Below are positions 44,216 to 54,797 of a stretch of DNA of 64,000 nt, one piece after another. Source of the DNA: a virus. Location of the stretch: IMG/VR virus record IMGVR_UViG_3300032893_000032, positions 7,715 to 71,714 of that record; one strand, given 5' to 3'. Both the position numbers and the translations under genes were made by a program. A model generated the notes under the pieces. It was given only the letters and a program-made list of their open reading frames with translations, had not been told where the DNA came from and made no database searches. Position 1 is the first letter of the stretch. The number at the start of each line of letters is the position of its first letter.

Positions 44216-44911
44216 TTAGGTAATGGTGATGGTCCAGGTGATCTGGAGGGTGTCGGCGATAGCCATGGAGACTGGGGTGAAGGTATTCTCAAAGAGAATG
44301 GGTCCGGTGCCAGCCGTTCCGCCAGTGGCGACTCCTGCCGATGCGATAGTCCCATTAGGAGTACCATGAGAAACGTCCTGAGCCGCTCCGGCGGTCCAGG
44401 TATAGGTAAGGGTATAGACCCCATTTCCGGTCCGGGCAAAGGTGGCCTGATGCCGGGCAAGGCCGGAGGTGGAAATCTCGTAAGTCCCCGGAGAAGCCCC
44501 CCCGTTCATGTTACAGTTGGAGGAGGCGGGGGTGGCGGAAGCGGGGCAGTCGGCGGCTGCTACGGTGCCGGAGACGGAGAGGGCTAGGTAATTACCGAGA
44601 CCGGCGGTAGGAAGACCGGAGGTGCCGGACATGAGGAAGGCGGACCAGTCCTTGGCGAGATTGGTATCGAGGTTGTGGGTGACCTCACGGGAGTAGACGG
44701 TCGACGGATCAGCGGCGCACCCGATTTGGTCAACTACGACCTGATACGGAGCATCTTTTCCATCTTGGAAGTAGGTGGTGTAGTTCTGACAGTGGCGGGC
44801 GACGATCTCCACTCGGTCGGCGTGCGACATGTGGTCGGCCTGGGCTAAGGCGAAGGTGGGGGTAAAGGTGAGTGCCGCCAGTACGAGGGTTGCTGCTAAT
44901 ACCTTTTTCAT
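44216..44911 (-). CDS. Tail-fibre-associated protein with signal peptide
   Basis: MKKVLAATLVLAALTFTPTFALA-Q; C-terminal GLAR..A....DTLQITWTIT typical of fibre/adaptor proteins. Confidence 0.65.
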   Translation of the reverse strand: MKKVLAATLVLAALTFTPTFALAQADHMSHADRVEIVARHCQNYTTYFQDGKDAPYQVVVDQIGCAADPSTVYSREVTHNLDTNLAKDWSAFLMSGTSGLPTAGLGNYLALSVSGTVAAADCPASATPASSNCNMNGGASPGTYEISTSGLARHQATFARTGNGVYTLTYTWTAGAAQDVSHGTPNGTIASAGVATGGTAGTGPILFENTFTPVSMAIADTLQITWTITIT

Positions 44912-44951
44912 TTGTCCTTTTCTCCTGTCTGTTTCGAATTTCGATTTCGAC

Positions 44952-45977
44952 TTACGGAAGTATACTGCAGCTTGCCCCAGCCACCACCGTGACGGTCCCG
45001 GCCACACTGGTCGTCGCCGCCTGCAGGCTAAACGTTCCCGGCGTACCAGCGTTCCACTGGATTGCCCCGTAGATCTCGAAGTTGTAGTTGGTGCTGGTGG
45101 CGAATGCATTGGCGCCCGAGAGGAGCGTCCCGTTAGTCACCGAGTTCGTCTCCTTCGGACCGGTGGTGACGTTGTTGGCGATGGCGGTGCCATACCAGAT
45201 GGACTGGGGGGTCTGGCTGGCGGTTATCGCCAGGGCCATTCCCGCCGTGGTGGAGGAAGAGGACCACAGGCCATCGCAGCGGAAGTGGATGGTGGAGTTG
45301 GCGGCGATGGTCGGGGAAGTGAGGCCGGATATGGTGGTTCCGGAGACGCTGTTGGTGGAGTAGGAGGTGGAAAAGAAGGAATTGGCGGCGTGAAGGGTGT
45401 GGTTGGTAACCGTCGGACCGGAAGCCCCGTCGTCTCCTGCCAGCGTTCCAGATGTATTGTTCCAGAACATCAGGTCGTTGACGACGGTCGTCCCCGGACC
45501 GGCGAGGCTGCCCGACACCGGGTTGATCTCGGGCGGGAAGAGGTAGACGAGGGAGGTGGAGCCGGAGCCTGTGGAGGCCGACTGGACGAAGCCTAGTACG
45601 TCCCCGCCGGACGCAGGATAAGTCGTGGACCCAGTATCGTGGCCGTCGCCGCCGACCGAGGAAGAGATCTGGATATAGTGCCGTACGGTTGTCGACCCAT
45701 CCACCACCATCGGCCATGCCCCGGAGATGGCGAGGCAGGCCAGCCCTGACGTTCCGGCGTTCGCCACCACCAGACCGGCATAACCGGTAGTATCGGTGGT
45801 CTGCATGACTACGGCCTGGCCGGTGGAGGTAAGTTTGGCCGCCTTGTTAAGAGTGGTCCCGGTGGAGGTGTCGTTGGGGACGGGGGCGGTGTTGAAGGGA
45901 CAGGCTTGAGCCATTCCCCGTGTGGAAAGGAAAAGGGCCGAAGCCAGCGCCAGAGTCAGTAGAAATGTGCGTCTCAT
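44952..45977 (-). CDS. Fibre/spike protein with signal peptide
   Basis: MRRTFLLTLALASALFLSTRGMA-Q; cement-like N-domain and beta-sandwich C-domain. Confidence 0.65.
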   Translation of the reverse strand: MRRTFLLTLALASALFLSTRGMAQACPFNTAPVPNDTSTGTTLNKAAKLTSTGQAVVMQTTDTTGYAGLVVANAGTSGLACLAISGAWPMVVDGSTTVRHYIQISSSVGGDGHDTGSTTYPASGGDVLGFVQSASTGSGSTSLVYLFPPEINPVSGSLAGPGTTVVNDLMFWNNTSGTLAGDDGASGPTVTNHTLHAANSFFSTSYSTNSVSGTTISGLTSPTIAANSTIHFRCDGLWSSSSTTAGMALAITASQTPQSIWYGTAIANNVTTGPKETNSVTNGTLLSGANAFATSTNYNFEIYGAIQWNAGTPGTFSLQAATTSVAGTVTVVAGASCSILP

Positions 45978-46011
45978 TGAGAATTCTCCTTGTTCCTAAA
46001 TTTCCTTATCC

Positions 46012-49000
46012 CTAGATCCTCTGTCCGGGGTAGATGGATAGCTGGTTCGCCGTCAGGATGTTGGACGAGCTTGCCGTCCCCCACGTCACCTGCAGGTCCA
46101 GATTCTGGTTGGCCGAGAACTGCAGCCCCGTCATCTGCCCGCTGTCGCACCCGCCCACCATCGCCCCGGCGGTGCTGAGGAAGCGGAAGCAGCCGTGGCC
46201 CTGAGCCGTAGTCAGTCCGGTGATGGTGAGGTAGTAGTCGAACTCCCACGCCGCCCCCGACAGCGAACCGACTACTGGGACGGTGATGGTGCGGCTGCCC
46301 GACCCCACGACTATCGTGACGGTGAGGGTAGGGGGAGAACCGGCTGTACTCAGTATCCCGCCCGCCGAAAAGTGGAGGGTCTTGTCCCCCGCCGAGTAGG
46401 GAAGGATGACGTTGGCGGTCAAGGTACGGTTGCCGATGAAGGTTGCCCCGAGGATGGTGGTGGCGGAGGCGGTATTAGAAACCGTGGAAGCGGAGGTGAG
46501 GGAAAGTCCGGGGTAGACCGGGGTGGCGAGGACCGGGGGGTAGAAGGACGATCCCCCGCCGCCTGATCCCGAGGGGACGAAGCATCCCACGGAATTACCC
46601 CCGACGTCTACGCCAGCCGCCGCCTGTCCCGCCGGGCATGGGGTGGGGGAAGTGGCAAGAGCGGAAGCGGTGGCGGCCAGTCCGGAGATTCCGACGGGGA
46701 GGGGATTGTTAAGGAGGGCGTTGGGAATGTGGCCGCCGGAATCGGTCTTTACCAGCTGGCTGGGGCCGTTGGTGGAATTACCCTGAGTCGTGACGTTGGA
46801 CTGGAAGGACCAGCCGGGGATGGATGGGTCGAAGAACAGACCGGAGAGGGAGGAAAGGCCGGAGACCAGCGGCAGGGCGTCCCCCTCAATCCCGACGACC
46901 GTCTGAGACGTATTGGTACCGGACAGATCCCCACCGGCAGTGAAAAGGTTACCAATCGACGGGTCAAACTTCACCCACCCCGCCCCGAGGATGTTCATGT
47001 AGAAGTGGCCATCGGTGTCGAACGCCCATCCGGACTGGGAGCCGGACAGCGCCGTGGGATGGTTGGAAAGGTTGGCGGTGGTGTACTGCTGGGGACAGGT
47101 AGGGCAGGTGGCGGAGATGGTGTCCTGCACCTCCAGCTTATTGGGAATTACCACTCCCCCGGTCCCGTTCGCTGCCGTATCTCCCACCTGCAGCCGGGTG
47201 TTGTCCCCCGACCCCGCCCATCCGGTGACGGCGGTGTTGTCGGTCCCGACGCTGCTCGTTCCGTTCCTATACTTCACCTGGTCGGCGTGGGCCAGCCGTA
47301 GCGACCCGGTCTGTGCGGAATTGGCGGAGGAGGATTCCAGACGGTTAAAGACCCAGGAGTAGGCGGCGTTGAACTGAGAAAAGATCGAGGCGTAGCCGGA
47401 AGAAATGGTGTAGGTCCCGGCGGAGGGAAGGGTGCCGGGCTGGAACCCGATGTCACAGCTGGCGGCGGCCAGGCAGGTGTTGGCACCAGGGGTGCAGGTA
47501 TTGGTGGATTCACAGGAAGACCCAGGAGCTTCCTTCGTCAGGACAGTGAAGGTGGTGTTAAGGAGAATGGCGAGGGAGCCGCTGGTAGGGGTAAGGGCGG
47601 GGAATTGGAAGGTCCCGCCTATCGGCCAGGCAAACTTGTTGGTGAGCGAGGGGTTGAGCATCGTCGCCCAGACGGTGGTGCCAAGGGAGGGGACGAAGAC
47701 CTGGGAGACTTGATTCTGAATTGGGCTGAGAGCGGCGTACCATCCGATCTCCGGATGGTTCTGGTAGGAGTAGATAGCGGAATTAGGAGAACCCTGGTCA
47801 ATAGTGGACTCGATAGGAAAGACCACGGGACCGGGAATGCCCTGAGGACCCTGGGGTCCGGTAGGGCCAGCGGGACCGGTCGCGCCCGCCGGACCGGTGG
47901 GGCCGGTAGCGCCGGTGGCTCCGGTCAGTCCACTGGGAATTCCGAAGTCGAGGGCAGCAGCGGAAGAGGACCCGCTATTACTGACGGTGGCGGGGGAACC
48001 GGGGGTAAGAGTGGTGGTGGAGTTGACGGAAATGGTGGCGGCGGTGCCGGCAGGACCGGTCGGACCGGTGGCTCCGGTGGGTCCCTGTGGCCCGGTGTTG
48101 CCCTGGGGGCCTTGAGGACCGGTAGGTCCGGTAGGTCCGGCGGGTCCCGTAGCGCCAGCCGGTCCCGTGGCCCCCGTCGGCCCCGGAGGACCCTGGAGAC
48201 TGCCCTGGGCGGTCCAGTGGCCGGAGATCTTCTGGTAGTAGATGCCGGTGGAAGAATTGATGTCGAAGTCGCCGTTCGACCCGGTGCCGTCCGAGGGGAC
48301 GCCGGACTGGGAATACCAGACGGACCCGGCGGTACCGGCAGGACCCTGGGGACCGGTTGGACCTTGGGGACCGGTGTTACCCTGAGGACCCTGTGGTCCG
48401 GTAGCCCCCTGTGGCCCAGTTGCACCAGTTGCACCCTGCGGACCCTGCGGCCCAGTCTGTCCGGTTGGACCCTGCGGACCGGTAGGTCCGGTTGCCCCGG
48501 TAGCTCCGGTAGGACCCTGGACTCCGGCGAACGACAGCACCCCCCAGTTGGAGTTGATCGTCGACCCGTAGACGCAGGGGGTGACGGAGCAAGGTTCCTG
48601 ATTAGTGTTGGAAGTGGTGGCGAGGAAGGAGGCTCCACGGTCGGAAACCGCCTGGCCAACGGCATAGGTCGGGGAGTTGGACCACGCCCCCTGCCACGCT
48701 ACCCCCGTACCTCCGCCCCCGGTGACGCACACCGGACGACCAGTGGTGTCATACCCCTGAACCACCGTCCCCGATCCACAGGCCAGGGAATAGATCCCGC
48801 CGAGCGATGAGGGGGTAGGAGGGGGAAGCTTACTAAGAAACATGTTGGGAAGGGAGGGGATGAACTGGTCGAAATTGCAGGTCCCTACGCCAGCGGTAGT
48901 CGAACACCAGTAGTTGGAGGTCTGGGGCTGGATGCACTGGTAGCCGGAACGCTGGGACTGGGGAATGAGGACCTGGCCCTGCGGACCACGGAGGGTGAGG

Positions 49001-49317
49001 GAGAAGCAGACGTTGGCCGGATTGGTGATGACGGTGTTGGGAAGCTTGCAGGGCTGGTTGATGGCCCCGGTGGTAACGGAGCAGGAGGTGGGGGACTGGA
49101 TCTGCTGCCCCCCGCCGCCTAACTGGTAGGAGATGGGGTTGCCGTAATTGTCCACCGGGGCTAGGATCATGGTGCCGGAGGAGAGGAGGGTAGCACCCGG
49201 ACCGGTGATGTCGGAGGCGGTAACGGTCATCCATACCGGGTCCTGAGCAAGGGCCGGGGAGATGAGGGACAGGGCCGAAGCCAGCAGGAGAAAAAGGGAG
49301 ACTGTAAGTTTTCGCAT
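46012..49317 (-). CDS. Collagen-like tail fibre with signal peptide
   Basis: [25 protein letters not shown]; three (Gly-X-Y)n tracts, WQGAWS carbohydrate-binding-like module and GGDLSGT repeat. Confidence 0.8.
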   Translation of the reverse strand: MRKLTVSLFLLLASALSLISPALAQDPVWMTVTASDITGPGATLLSSGTMILAPVDNYGNPISYQLGGGGQQIQSPTSCSVTTGAINQPCKLPNTVITNPANVCFSLTLRGPQGQVLIPQSQRSGYQCIQPQTSNYWCSTTAGVGTCNFDQFIPSLPNMFLSKLPPPTPSSLGGIYSLACGSGTVVQGYDTTGRPVCVTGGGGTGVAWQGAWSNSPTYAVGQAVSDRGASFLATTSNTNQEPCSVTPCVYGSTINSNWGVLSFAGVQGPTGATGATGPTGPQGPTGQTGPQGPQGATGATGPQGATGPQGPQGNTGPQGPTGPQGPAGTAGSVWYSQSGVPSDGTGSNGDFDINSSTGIYYQKISGHWTAQGSLQGPPGPTGATGPAGATGPAGPTGPTGPQGPQGNTGPQGPTGATGPTGPAGTAATISVNSTTTLTPGSPATVSNSGSSSAAALDFGIPSGLTGATGATGPTGPAGATGPAGPTGPQGPQGIPGPVVFPIESTIDQGSPNSAIYSYQNHPEIGWYAALSPIQNQVSQVFVPSLGTTVWATMLNPSLTNKFAWPIGGTFQFPALTPTSGSLAILLNTTFTVLTKEAPGSSCESTNTCTPGANTCLAAASCDIGFQPGTLPSAGTYTISSGYASIFSQFNAAYSWVFNRLESSSANSAQTGSLRLAHADQVKYRNGTSSVGTDNTAVTGWAGSGDNTRLQVGDTAANGTGGVVIPNKLEVQDTISATCPTCPQQYTTANLSNHPTALSGSQSGWAFDTDGHFYMNILGAGWVKFDPSIGNLFTAGGDLSGTNTSQTVVGIEGDALPLVSGLSSLSGLFFDPSIPGWSFQSNVTTQGNSTNGPSQLVKTDSGGHIPNALLNNPLPVGISGLAATASALATSPTPCPAGQAAAGVDVGGNSVGCFVPSGSGGGGSSFYPPVLATPVYPGLSLTSASTVSNTASATTILGATFIGNRTLTANVILPYSAGDKTLHFSAGGILSTAGSPPTLTVTIVVGSGSRTITVPVVGSLSGAAWEFDYYLTITGLTTAQGHGCFRFLSTAGAMVGGCDSGQMTGLQFSANQNLDLQVTWGTASSSNILTANQLSIYPGQRI
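47830..48525 (-). repeat. Collagen Gly-X-Y coding repeats
   Basis: 9-nt periodic GPT/GAT/GPQ codons in three blocks. Confidence 0.9.
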
Positions 49318-49334
49318 AGTTTTTATTCCTCCTG

Positions 49335-50021
49335 TTAAGCCTTCCCGATGGCTACCCACATGACCTCGGTCCCGCCCCTAGCCGCCTCGATGGTGGCCCC
49401 GGTGGTGGAGACGCTGGTGTAGTCGCAGGATGAACTGTTGGCCGTCATAACCAGGGCGGGGCGGGCGGAAAATGTCTTGGGGAAGGAGAAGGATGTGGGG
49501 GAACCGCCGGGGACGGTAAGCGCCCCGAACTGGATGAGAAGGGGGCCGATGTAGATGTAGCTGGAGGAGGGAGTGGCGACGAGATTGCTGTTCCCCGTAC
49601 CCACCGCCCGCTGGACGAAGGCGGTGTCGGCCAGACGGGTGGAGTTGTCGGTAGATGGTTGGGTGGGGCAGGTAGGATTTCCGGTAAGAGGGGTGTTGGT
49701 GAGGATGCCGGGGAGGTCGGCAGCCGTCAGGACGTTGGCGAATATGGCTGCCAGGGATGTAACGGCGGCGGAGTAGGACCCGGCGTAAGCCGCCTGCCCC
49801 GGCGATCCGTCCAGCACCATATACCCCTTGGTAGCGAGAGCGAGGGCGAGAGCGGTGTAGAAGGTGGACGACTGGTAACGGAACTTGTTGATGGAGACGG
49901 AGGGGACGATGGCTCCCGAAGCCACGCCGTTGACCCTCTGCCCGTCGGTCTGATAAGTGGAATCGTTCTCCTGATTGGTGGCGGGAGGGTTGAACTGGAG
50001 GAAGTTGTTAGAACCCGGCAT
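49335..50021 (-). CDS. Baseplate-attached short tail fibre
   Basis: R..G..SG..PS...NK...Q, LTGNPT.PT....DNST.LA.TAFVQ and LIQFG gp53-like C-terminus; no signal peptide. Confidence 0.8.
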   Translation of the reverse strand: MPGSNNFLQFNPPATNQENDSTYQTDGQRVNGVASGAIVPSVSINKFRYQSSTFYTALALALATKGYMVLDGSPGQAAYAGSYSAAVTSLAAIFANVLTAADLPGILTNTPLTGNPTCPTQPSTDNSTRLADTAFVQRAVGTGNSNLVATPSSSYIYIGPLLIQFGALTVPGGSPTSFSFPKTFSARPALVMTANSSSCDYTSVSTTGATIEAARGGTEVMWVAIGKA

Positions 50022-50070
50022 TTGGAAGTCTCCTGTATCCTGTATCCTATGTCCTGTTTCCTATTGAGCC

Positions 50071-51417
50071 TTAGACGGCATATCCCGTATCGGCACCCGC
50101 CACGGTAGCGTCGTTCCGGTCGGCTCCGTACATCGGGAGTTGGGCGAATGAAATGTTGGACAGCACCCCCTCCGAAACCGGTAGGATGAGACCGTTGAGA
50201 ATGATCTGCTGGGTGAGGTTGTCGAAGTCTCCCGACACGACTATAATTACCGACATGTCCTGGTTGTCGATGATCCGGAGGCTGGTACCGGGGAAGGCGG
50301 AATTCCAGTAGGGATAGAGGTCCCTAGGTAGTCCGGACCAGTGGTTCTGGATGACCTTCCAGCGGAGCAGCATGCGGTAGTGAGAGTCGTCCATCAGGGC
50401 GCTGAAGTTCTGCGTCGCCGTGATGTTGACCGTCAGCCCCGACCCGCTCCCCCCGGTCGTGCTCAACCCGCTGGCGTTGCTGTACCCGTTGCCCCCAGTG
50501 TTAACCGACAGCTGGTAGACGTTGCCCAGTCCCCCCACTGCGGTAACCTTGGCCGTTCCGCCGCTGGCTCCCCCCTGTATTATGTTTACGATGTCCCCCA
50601 GGTGGTAATGCGAACCGCCGCCTCCGCCGCCTCCCGCCTGCTGCACGGTAAGGAGCGCCCCGCCCATGGGCTGGAAGGGGAGAAGGCGGGGGACGCCGAT
50701 AACCTGTCCCAGGATGTCCAGCTGTTGTCCAACGGCGAGGTCCAGGTCGAAGTCCGATGGGAGGAGGGAGGCGGAATACTGAATGTGGGAAAGGACCCCA
50801 ACGATGGTCCCCAGCCACTGCTGCAGATTGGGGGCGGAGGAATATTCGGAAGTAAGAAGGCCGAGGTAATAATCGACTGCCGATATGCGGAGACAGGAGA
50901 CCGCAGCCAGTTCCCAGATAGTGGACCCCGGGCCGCCGGAAGGTACGTAGTCGACGGCGGACTTGACCGAGGCGTAGGCGGTGCCGAACGGGGCCGGACC
51001 GGAGATAGTTAATGAGTGCCAGTTCGAATCGGTAAGAACGGCGGACTGGGAAACGTACCCGAGGATGTTCCCCTGGGAGTCGAAAAATTCCACGTAGGCC
51101 TTCGGCTGCATCGGGCCGGATACGTACTTGATAGCGATGGTGAGGGAGAAGTAGTCGCCGAACTTGGCCGGGAAGTATCCGGGAGTCCACCCTAGGGTGT
51201 CCGCCCGCTGGCTGCTGGCCACCACGCCGCCGAAGTGGTCGGCGGAGGAAATCTGGAGGGACTGGGCACCGGCATAAGGGGTGGAGGTGTCGTAAGATAG
51301 AGACGGAGGATTGCCGCCGCTGTCCGGCTGCAGGAACCAGCCGGGGGGAGGGAGGCCGGGAAGCTGGAATCCGCCGTTCTGAATCGGTAGGGGAACGGAC
51401 TGAAGGGGGGTGGACAT
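50071..51417 (-). CDS. Baseplate wedge (DUF2612) with N-terminal CBM-like domain and an internal insertion
   Basis: FDLDLAVGQQLDILGQVIGVPR, DDSHYR.LL..K...NHW and IIDNQDMS. Confidence 0.85.
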   Translation of the reverse strand: MSTPLQSVPLPIQNGGFQLPGLPPPGWFLQPDSGGNPPSLSYDTSTPYAGAQSLQISSADHFGGVVASSQRADTLGWTPGYFPAKFGDYFSLTIAIKYVSGPMQPKAYVEFFDSQGNILGYVSQSAVLTDSNWHSLTISGPAPFGTAYASVKSAVDYVPSGGPGSTIWELAAVSCLRISAVDYYLGLLTSEYSSAPNLQQWLGTIVGVLSHIQYSASLLPSDFDLDLAVGQQLDILGQVIGVPRLLPFQPMGGALLTVQQAGGGGGGGSHYHLGDIVNIIQGGASGGTAKVTAVGGLGNVYQLSVNTGGNGYSNASGLSTTGGSGSGLTVNITATQNFSALMDDSHYRMLLRWKVIQNHWSGLPRDLYPYWNSAFPGTSLRIIDNQDMSVIIVVSGDFDNLTQQIILNGLILPVSEGVLSNISFAQLPMYGADRNDATVAGADTGYAV

Positions 51418-51435
51418 TGGGCTGCGAACTAGGGA

Positions 51436-52647
51436 CTAGATGCTGTTGATCTGTACTCCGCCGGACGACGCCACCTGGTTGTACGGAACCGGGATGTCGA
51501 TGGTGGTAACGGGTCCGGGGGAAAGTCCTAGGGCCACGCCCCGGACGCTGTAGATGGGCTGCTGGAGATTGGTGTTCTGCGACATGGCGACGGCGTATAA
51601 GGCCGACTGGGTAACGGTCTCCCCGATGGCTAGCGACCCGAGATAAGAAACGAGGGCGGACTGGATGGCAGCGGTGACGGAGGAGGTGTAGGCCGGGGTA
51701 AGTCCGTGGATTTGGACGACCACGTAGATGGGAAGGAATCCGGGACCGGACCCCACCGCCGGAGCGGAGATGACATCGAACTGGATCGGTTCGGTGAGCT
51801 GGGTGTTGGGATCGAGGACGTTCACCACGGTAGTGCCGTTGGTCGCGCACCCCTCGGACTTGTTGGTATAGATGGTGGTGGCCAGGGTAAGGGGATCGCC
51901 TCCCTGGACGATGACGGTAATGGAGTGAGGGGGGCAGCCGTTCGAATCGGTAGAGCCGGTAGGGTTGTGCTCGATGGCGGCGCGAACTACGCCGGAAACG
52001 GCTTCGACCTGGGCCAGGGTACCGGCGACGAGGGAGCGGGATGGCTTGGCTACCGACTGGAAGAAACGGGCACGGAGCTGGCTATCCGACTCCACAGGCT
52101 GTCCGGGGGTGGCGACGTTCGACCCGTTGTCCACTCCGGTCCATCCCGACTGGGGATTGGTGATGATGGAGAGCTGTCCGGGGGCGGTAATGTTGAAATT
52201 TCCAAGTTGCTCACAGATGACCAGGGCCTGGGCGTTGCCTGTGCCGTCGAGGGTGATGGACGGGGAAAGGTCCCAGAGTAACCCGTAGACGGTATCCTGC
52301 ACCACTCCGTTGGAGATGGTGGCGTTGGGAGTGCCAGTGAGGTTGACGAGGCAAATGGAATGGGTGGCGGGCTTACGGGAAATCCCGACGAGCTTGCACA
52401 GGGCGTCCAGTCCCGCTCCGACCGCCGTCTGTGGGGAAAACTGGTTATAAGAGAGCTGTAGCCCCTGCATGGCGTCGGCAAGGGCCAGGGAGGTGGAGGA
52501 AATCTCCTGGTGGTCGGAGGAATCGTTTCCCAGGTAGACCGACTGGCCGTAGATGGAGAGGTAGGCCGACTGGAGAAAGTCCAGGATGTCCTGGTAGGAC
52601 GGAAGATGAAGGCCGGAGGCGTCGACGTATGGTGGGGTATAGGACAT
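51436..52647 (-). CDS. Baseplate J-like wedge protein
   Basis: A.G.GLD, ESDSQLRAR and PPHSI..IV.GG motifs. Confidence 0.92.
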   Translation of the reverse strand: MSYTPPYVDASGLHLPSYQDILDFLQSAYLSIYGQSVYLGNDSSDHQEISSTSLALADAMQGLQLSYNQFSPQTAVGAGLDALCKLVGISRKPATHSICLVNLTGTPNATISNGVVQDTVYGLLWDLSPSITLDGTGNAQALVICEQLGNFNITAPGQLSIITNPQSGWTGVDNGSNVATPGQPVESDSQLRARFFQSVAKPSRSLVAGTLAQVEAVSGVVRAAIEHNPTGSTDSNGCPPHSITVIVQGGDPLTLATTIYTNKSEGCATNGTTVVNVLDPNTQLTEPIQFDVISAPAVGSGPGFLPIYVVVQIHGLTPAYTSSVTAAIQSALVSYLGSLAIGETVTQSALYAVAMSQNTNLQQPIYSVRGVALGLSPGPVTTIDIPVPYNQVASSGGVQINSI

Positions 52648-52652
52648 AGGAG

Positions 52653-53054
52653 TTAGGCCAAAGAGGCTGATGGAGGCTGTGGGTAAGTGATCACGGGTAT
52701 GGGTCCGAAGACGGTCGAAACGCTACAGGAGAAGGAGAGGCGGCGGGTGGACTTGTCGATGGAGGACTGGACGTTCGAAACGCCGGTGACATAGGGAGTA
52801 TCGGTAATTCGCTTCTGAATAAGGAGACTGACCTGGGGAAGGTTGGCCCCACCGTAAGTCAAGATCTTCTGCCACAGGGGTAGGCCGTCGGTCAGGTTCT
52901 CCCACCATTCCCCCTCGAATAGGAGCAGGCGGGTGCGGATGATCTGGTCGACAGCGGCCTTGTCGGCAAGGAAATTCCCCTGTCCCTGGCCACGCTGCGG
53001 ATCATTCGAACCGTCAGTAGATAGCGCCCGGACTGTGATCAAGGGTGCGGCCAT
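52653..53054 (-). CDS. Baseplate sheath initiator (gp25/W-like)
   Basis: TRLLLFEGEWW...DGLP; TPYV.GV. Confidence 0.8.
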   Translation of the reverse strand: MAAPLITVRALSTDGSNDPQRGQGQGNFLADKAAVDQIIRTRLLLFEGEWWENLTDGLPLWQKILTYGGANLPQVSLLIQKRITDTPYVTGVSNVQSSIDKSTRRLSFSCSVSTVFGPIPVITYPQPPSASLA

Positions 53055-53732
53055 CTAGAGAACCCCTCCCGTGTGTCCGCCGCCGGTCTGTACGCCGGTG
53101 TGTTCATGGGTGAGGAAAGCTTTGTTCTGGATGGTGGCGGTACCCTGGAGATTGGTGGTGCCGGTGACCACCAGATTGCCGTTGACGGTGACGGTTGGAG
53201 CGGTAAGCTGTATCTCCCCGTTCCCCACCTCCACGACAGTCTGGCCATCCCGCGAGCGCAGTTGGGCGGAGGAGGAGGACCAGTTGGTAGGGACGTTGGG
53301 AAGGGAGAAGGGGCCGAAGATTGCCAACCCGTCCGACAGGTCGTGCCGCCGCCGCTTCTCCCTGTTCTGCAGCCCACCGTTCTGCCACCAGGCGTTGATG
53401 CAGGTGTCGGAGAACACCAGCAGGCACTCGTCGCCGGGGGATATGGGGAAGGTAAGGAGAAAGTCCCCAGCGGATGGAACGAGGACCGGGACCTTGGAAA
53501 GCTGGGGCAGGGGAACGTCCGTAGGGACGAGGTCCTTGTTCACCTTCTCCCGAATGAGGGGTTGGACGGTGACGGTCGCCGTGGAGGGGTCGAAGGAGAC
53601 AACTTCAGCCGGGATGGCCACGCGGAACATGCAGTCGTGGTCCCAGAGGAGCCGCCGCCACTGCTCGATCTCCGGAGCCAGGCGGGTGGGGATGTCGACG
53701 AACGACGAAGCGGGAGTCTGGGTATTGCCCAT
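53055..53732 (-). CDS. Baseplate spike (Gp138-like)
   Basis: FPI.PGDECLLVFSD, RRHDLSDG and HEH iron-binding tip. Confidence 0.9.
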   Translation of the reverse strand: MGNTQTPASSFVDIPTRLAPEIEQWRRLLWDHDCMFRVAIPAEVVSFDPSTATVTVQPLIREKVNKDLVPTDVPLPQLSKVPVLVPSAGDFLLTFPISPGDECLLVFSDTCINAWWQNGGLQNREKRRRHDLSDGLAIFGPFSLPNVPTNWSSSSAQLRSRDGQTVVEVGNGEIQLTAPTVTVNGNLVVTGTTNLQGTATIQNKAFLTHEHTGVQTGGGHTGGVL

Positions 53733-54796
53733 TAGCTGTTCCCCCTGTTCGTGTTCCAGTTCTGCAGCAGCATCATGGCTGTCCTGCCACCCGTACGGGT
53801 TATCCCATCGATCTCCACGTACCACGCCTGCCCACGCGAATCCCCCACGAACCGCGTCCCGGCTACGATGTACACCCCATCCTGATCCAGAACGGTGAGG
53901 GTAGCGGGGACCGGGGACTGCTGGTAGAGGAGCATCTTTCGGATCAAGGAATTGTCGATCTTCACTAGGAGATAGGGTTTTGTCACCTGCACGCGGGCGT
54001 CTAGTAGAGCGGTAAAGCGAACTCCACCGGGGACCTGCTGCGGCGTCCCCACTATCACCCCGTCGGCATTGGAACTAGGACGGGGCTGGGCGAGATTCGG
54101 CTGCGGGAGGGCGGGAGGAGTAAAGGTGAGGGTGGGGACGGCGGGAATGTCCGTGTCGTTCACCCCCTGGAAGTTCAGTCCGGCCTTGCCCTCATACCAC
54201 TGGAGGTTGGCATCCTCCGCTATCTGGGTGAAGTAGTGAGACTGGGAGCCGAAGAAGGCATCGGGACGGGACGGCTTGGTGGAAGGGATGAGGGTGGAGA
54301 GGGCGGAGACCGGAGTCTGGGTCTGGGCGGCGAGCTTGCGGACGATGTCCGGCTGGGTAAGTCCGGTATACTCTCCCGAAACCAGCTGCTGCTGCCCCGT
54401 TAGGCCGAGGATGCAGTGGAAAGTTAGCTTGCGGTCGATCACGTTCTCCCGCTCGAAGAGCAGCTGGAATACCGGGGAGGACCACACCACCCCGTAGCCG
54501 TTCGAATTGGTCTTGTACCCAGCCTCCAGCGAAACCTGGATGTCCTGGTAGTTCGTCACTCCCATGATGTCGTTGATGGTGGCGGCGGAAAGGTTGTAGA
54601 CGGAGATGTCCCCTACCCAGAACACCTGGAACGCCCGCTGCTGCAGGTCGAAGGTGAAACGGAGGGCGGGGGAGTCGTCGGAAGAGATGGAGTAAGTGGT
54701 GCCGGGAATCTGGATAGTCAACTCATACTTCCGCTGGAAAAGGGCCAGCGGTGGTGTGCTGGCGGCGTTCGACTGCGGGCTGGAGACTGTCGGCAT
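53732..54796 (-). CDS. Baseplate hub protein
   Basis: ISVYNLS, SLEAGY and G.Y.V......GDSRGQAWY. Confidence 0.85.
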   Translation of the reverse strand: MPTVSSPQSNAASTPPLALFQRKYELTIQIPGTTYSISSDDSPALRFTFDLQQRAFQVFWVGDISVYNLSAATINDIMGVTNYQDIQVSLEAGYKTNSNGYGVVWSSPVFQLLFERENVIDRKLTFHCILGLTGQQQLVSGEYTGLTQPDIVRKLAAQTQTPVSALSTLIPSTKPSRPDAFFGSQSHYFTQIAEDANLQWYEGKAGLNFQGVNDTDIPAVPTLTFTPPALPQPNLAQPRPSSNADGVIVGTPQQVPGGVRFTALLDARVQVTKPYLLVKIDNSLIRKMLLYQQSPVPATLTVLDQDGVYIVAGTRFVGDSRGQAWYVEIDGITRTGGRTAMMLLQNWNTNRGNS

Positions 54797-54797
54797 G

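Noticed and set aside
47830-48525. Repeat array resembling CRISPR or a VNTR
   Set aside because: 9-nt periodicity encoding collagen Gly-X-Y; no spacers.
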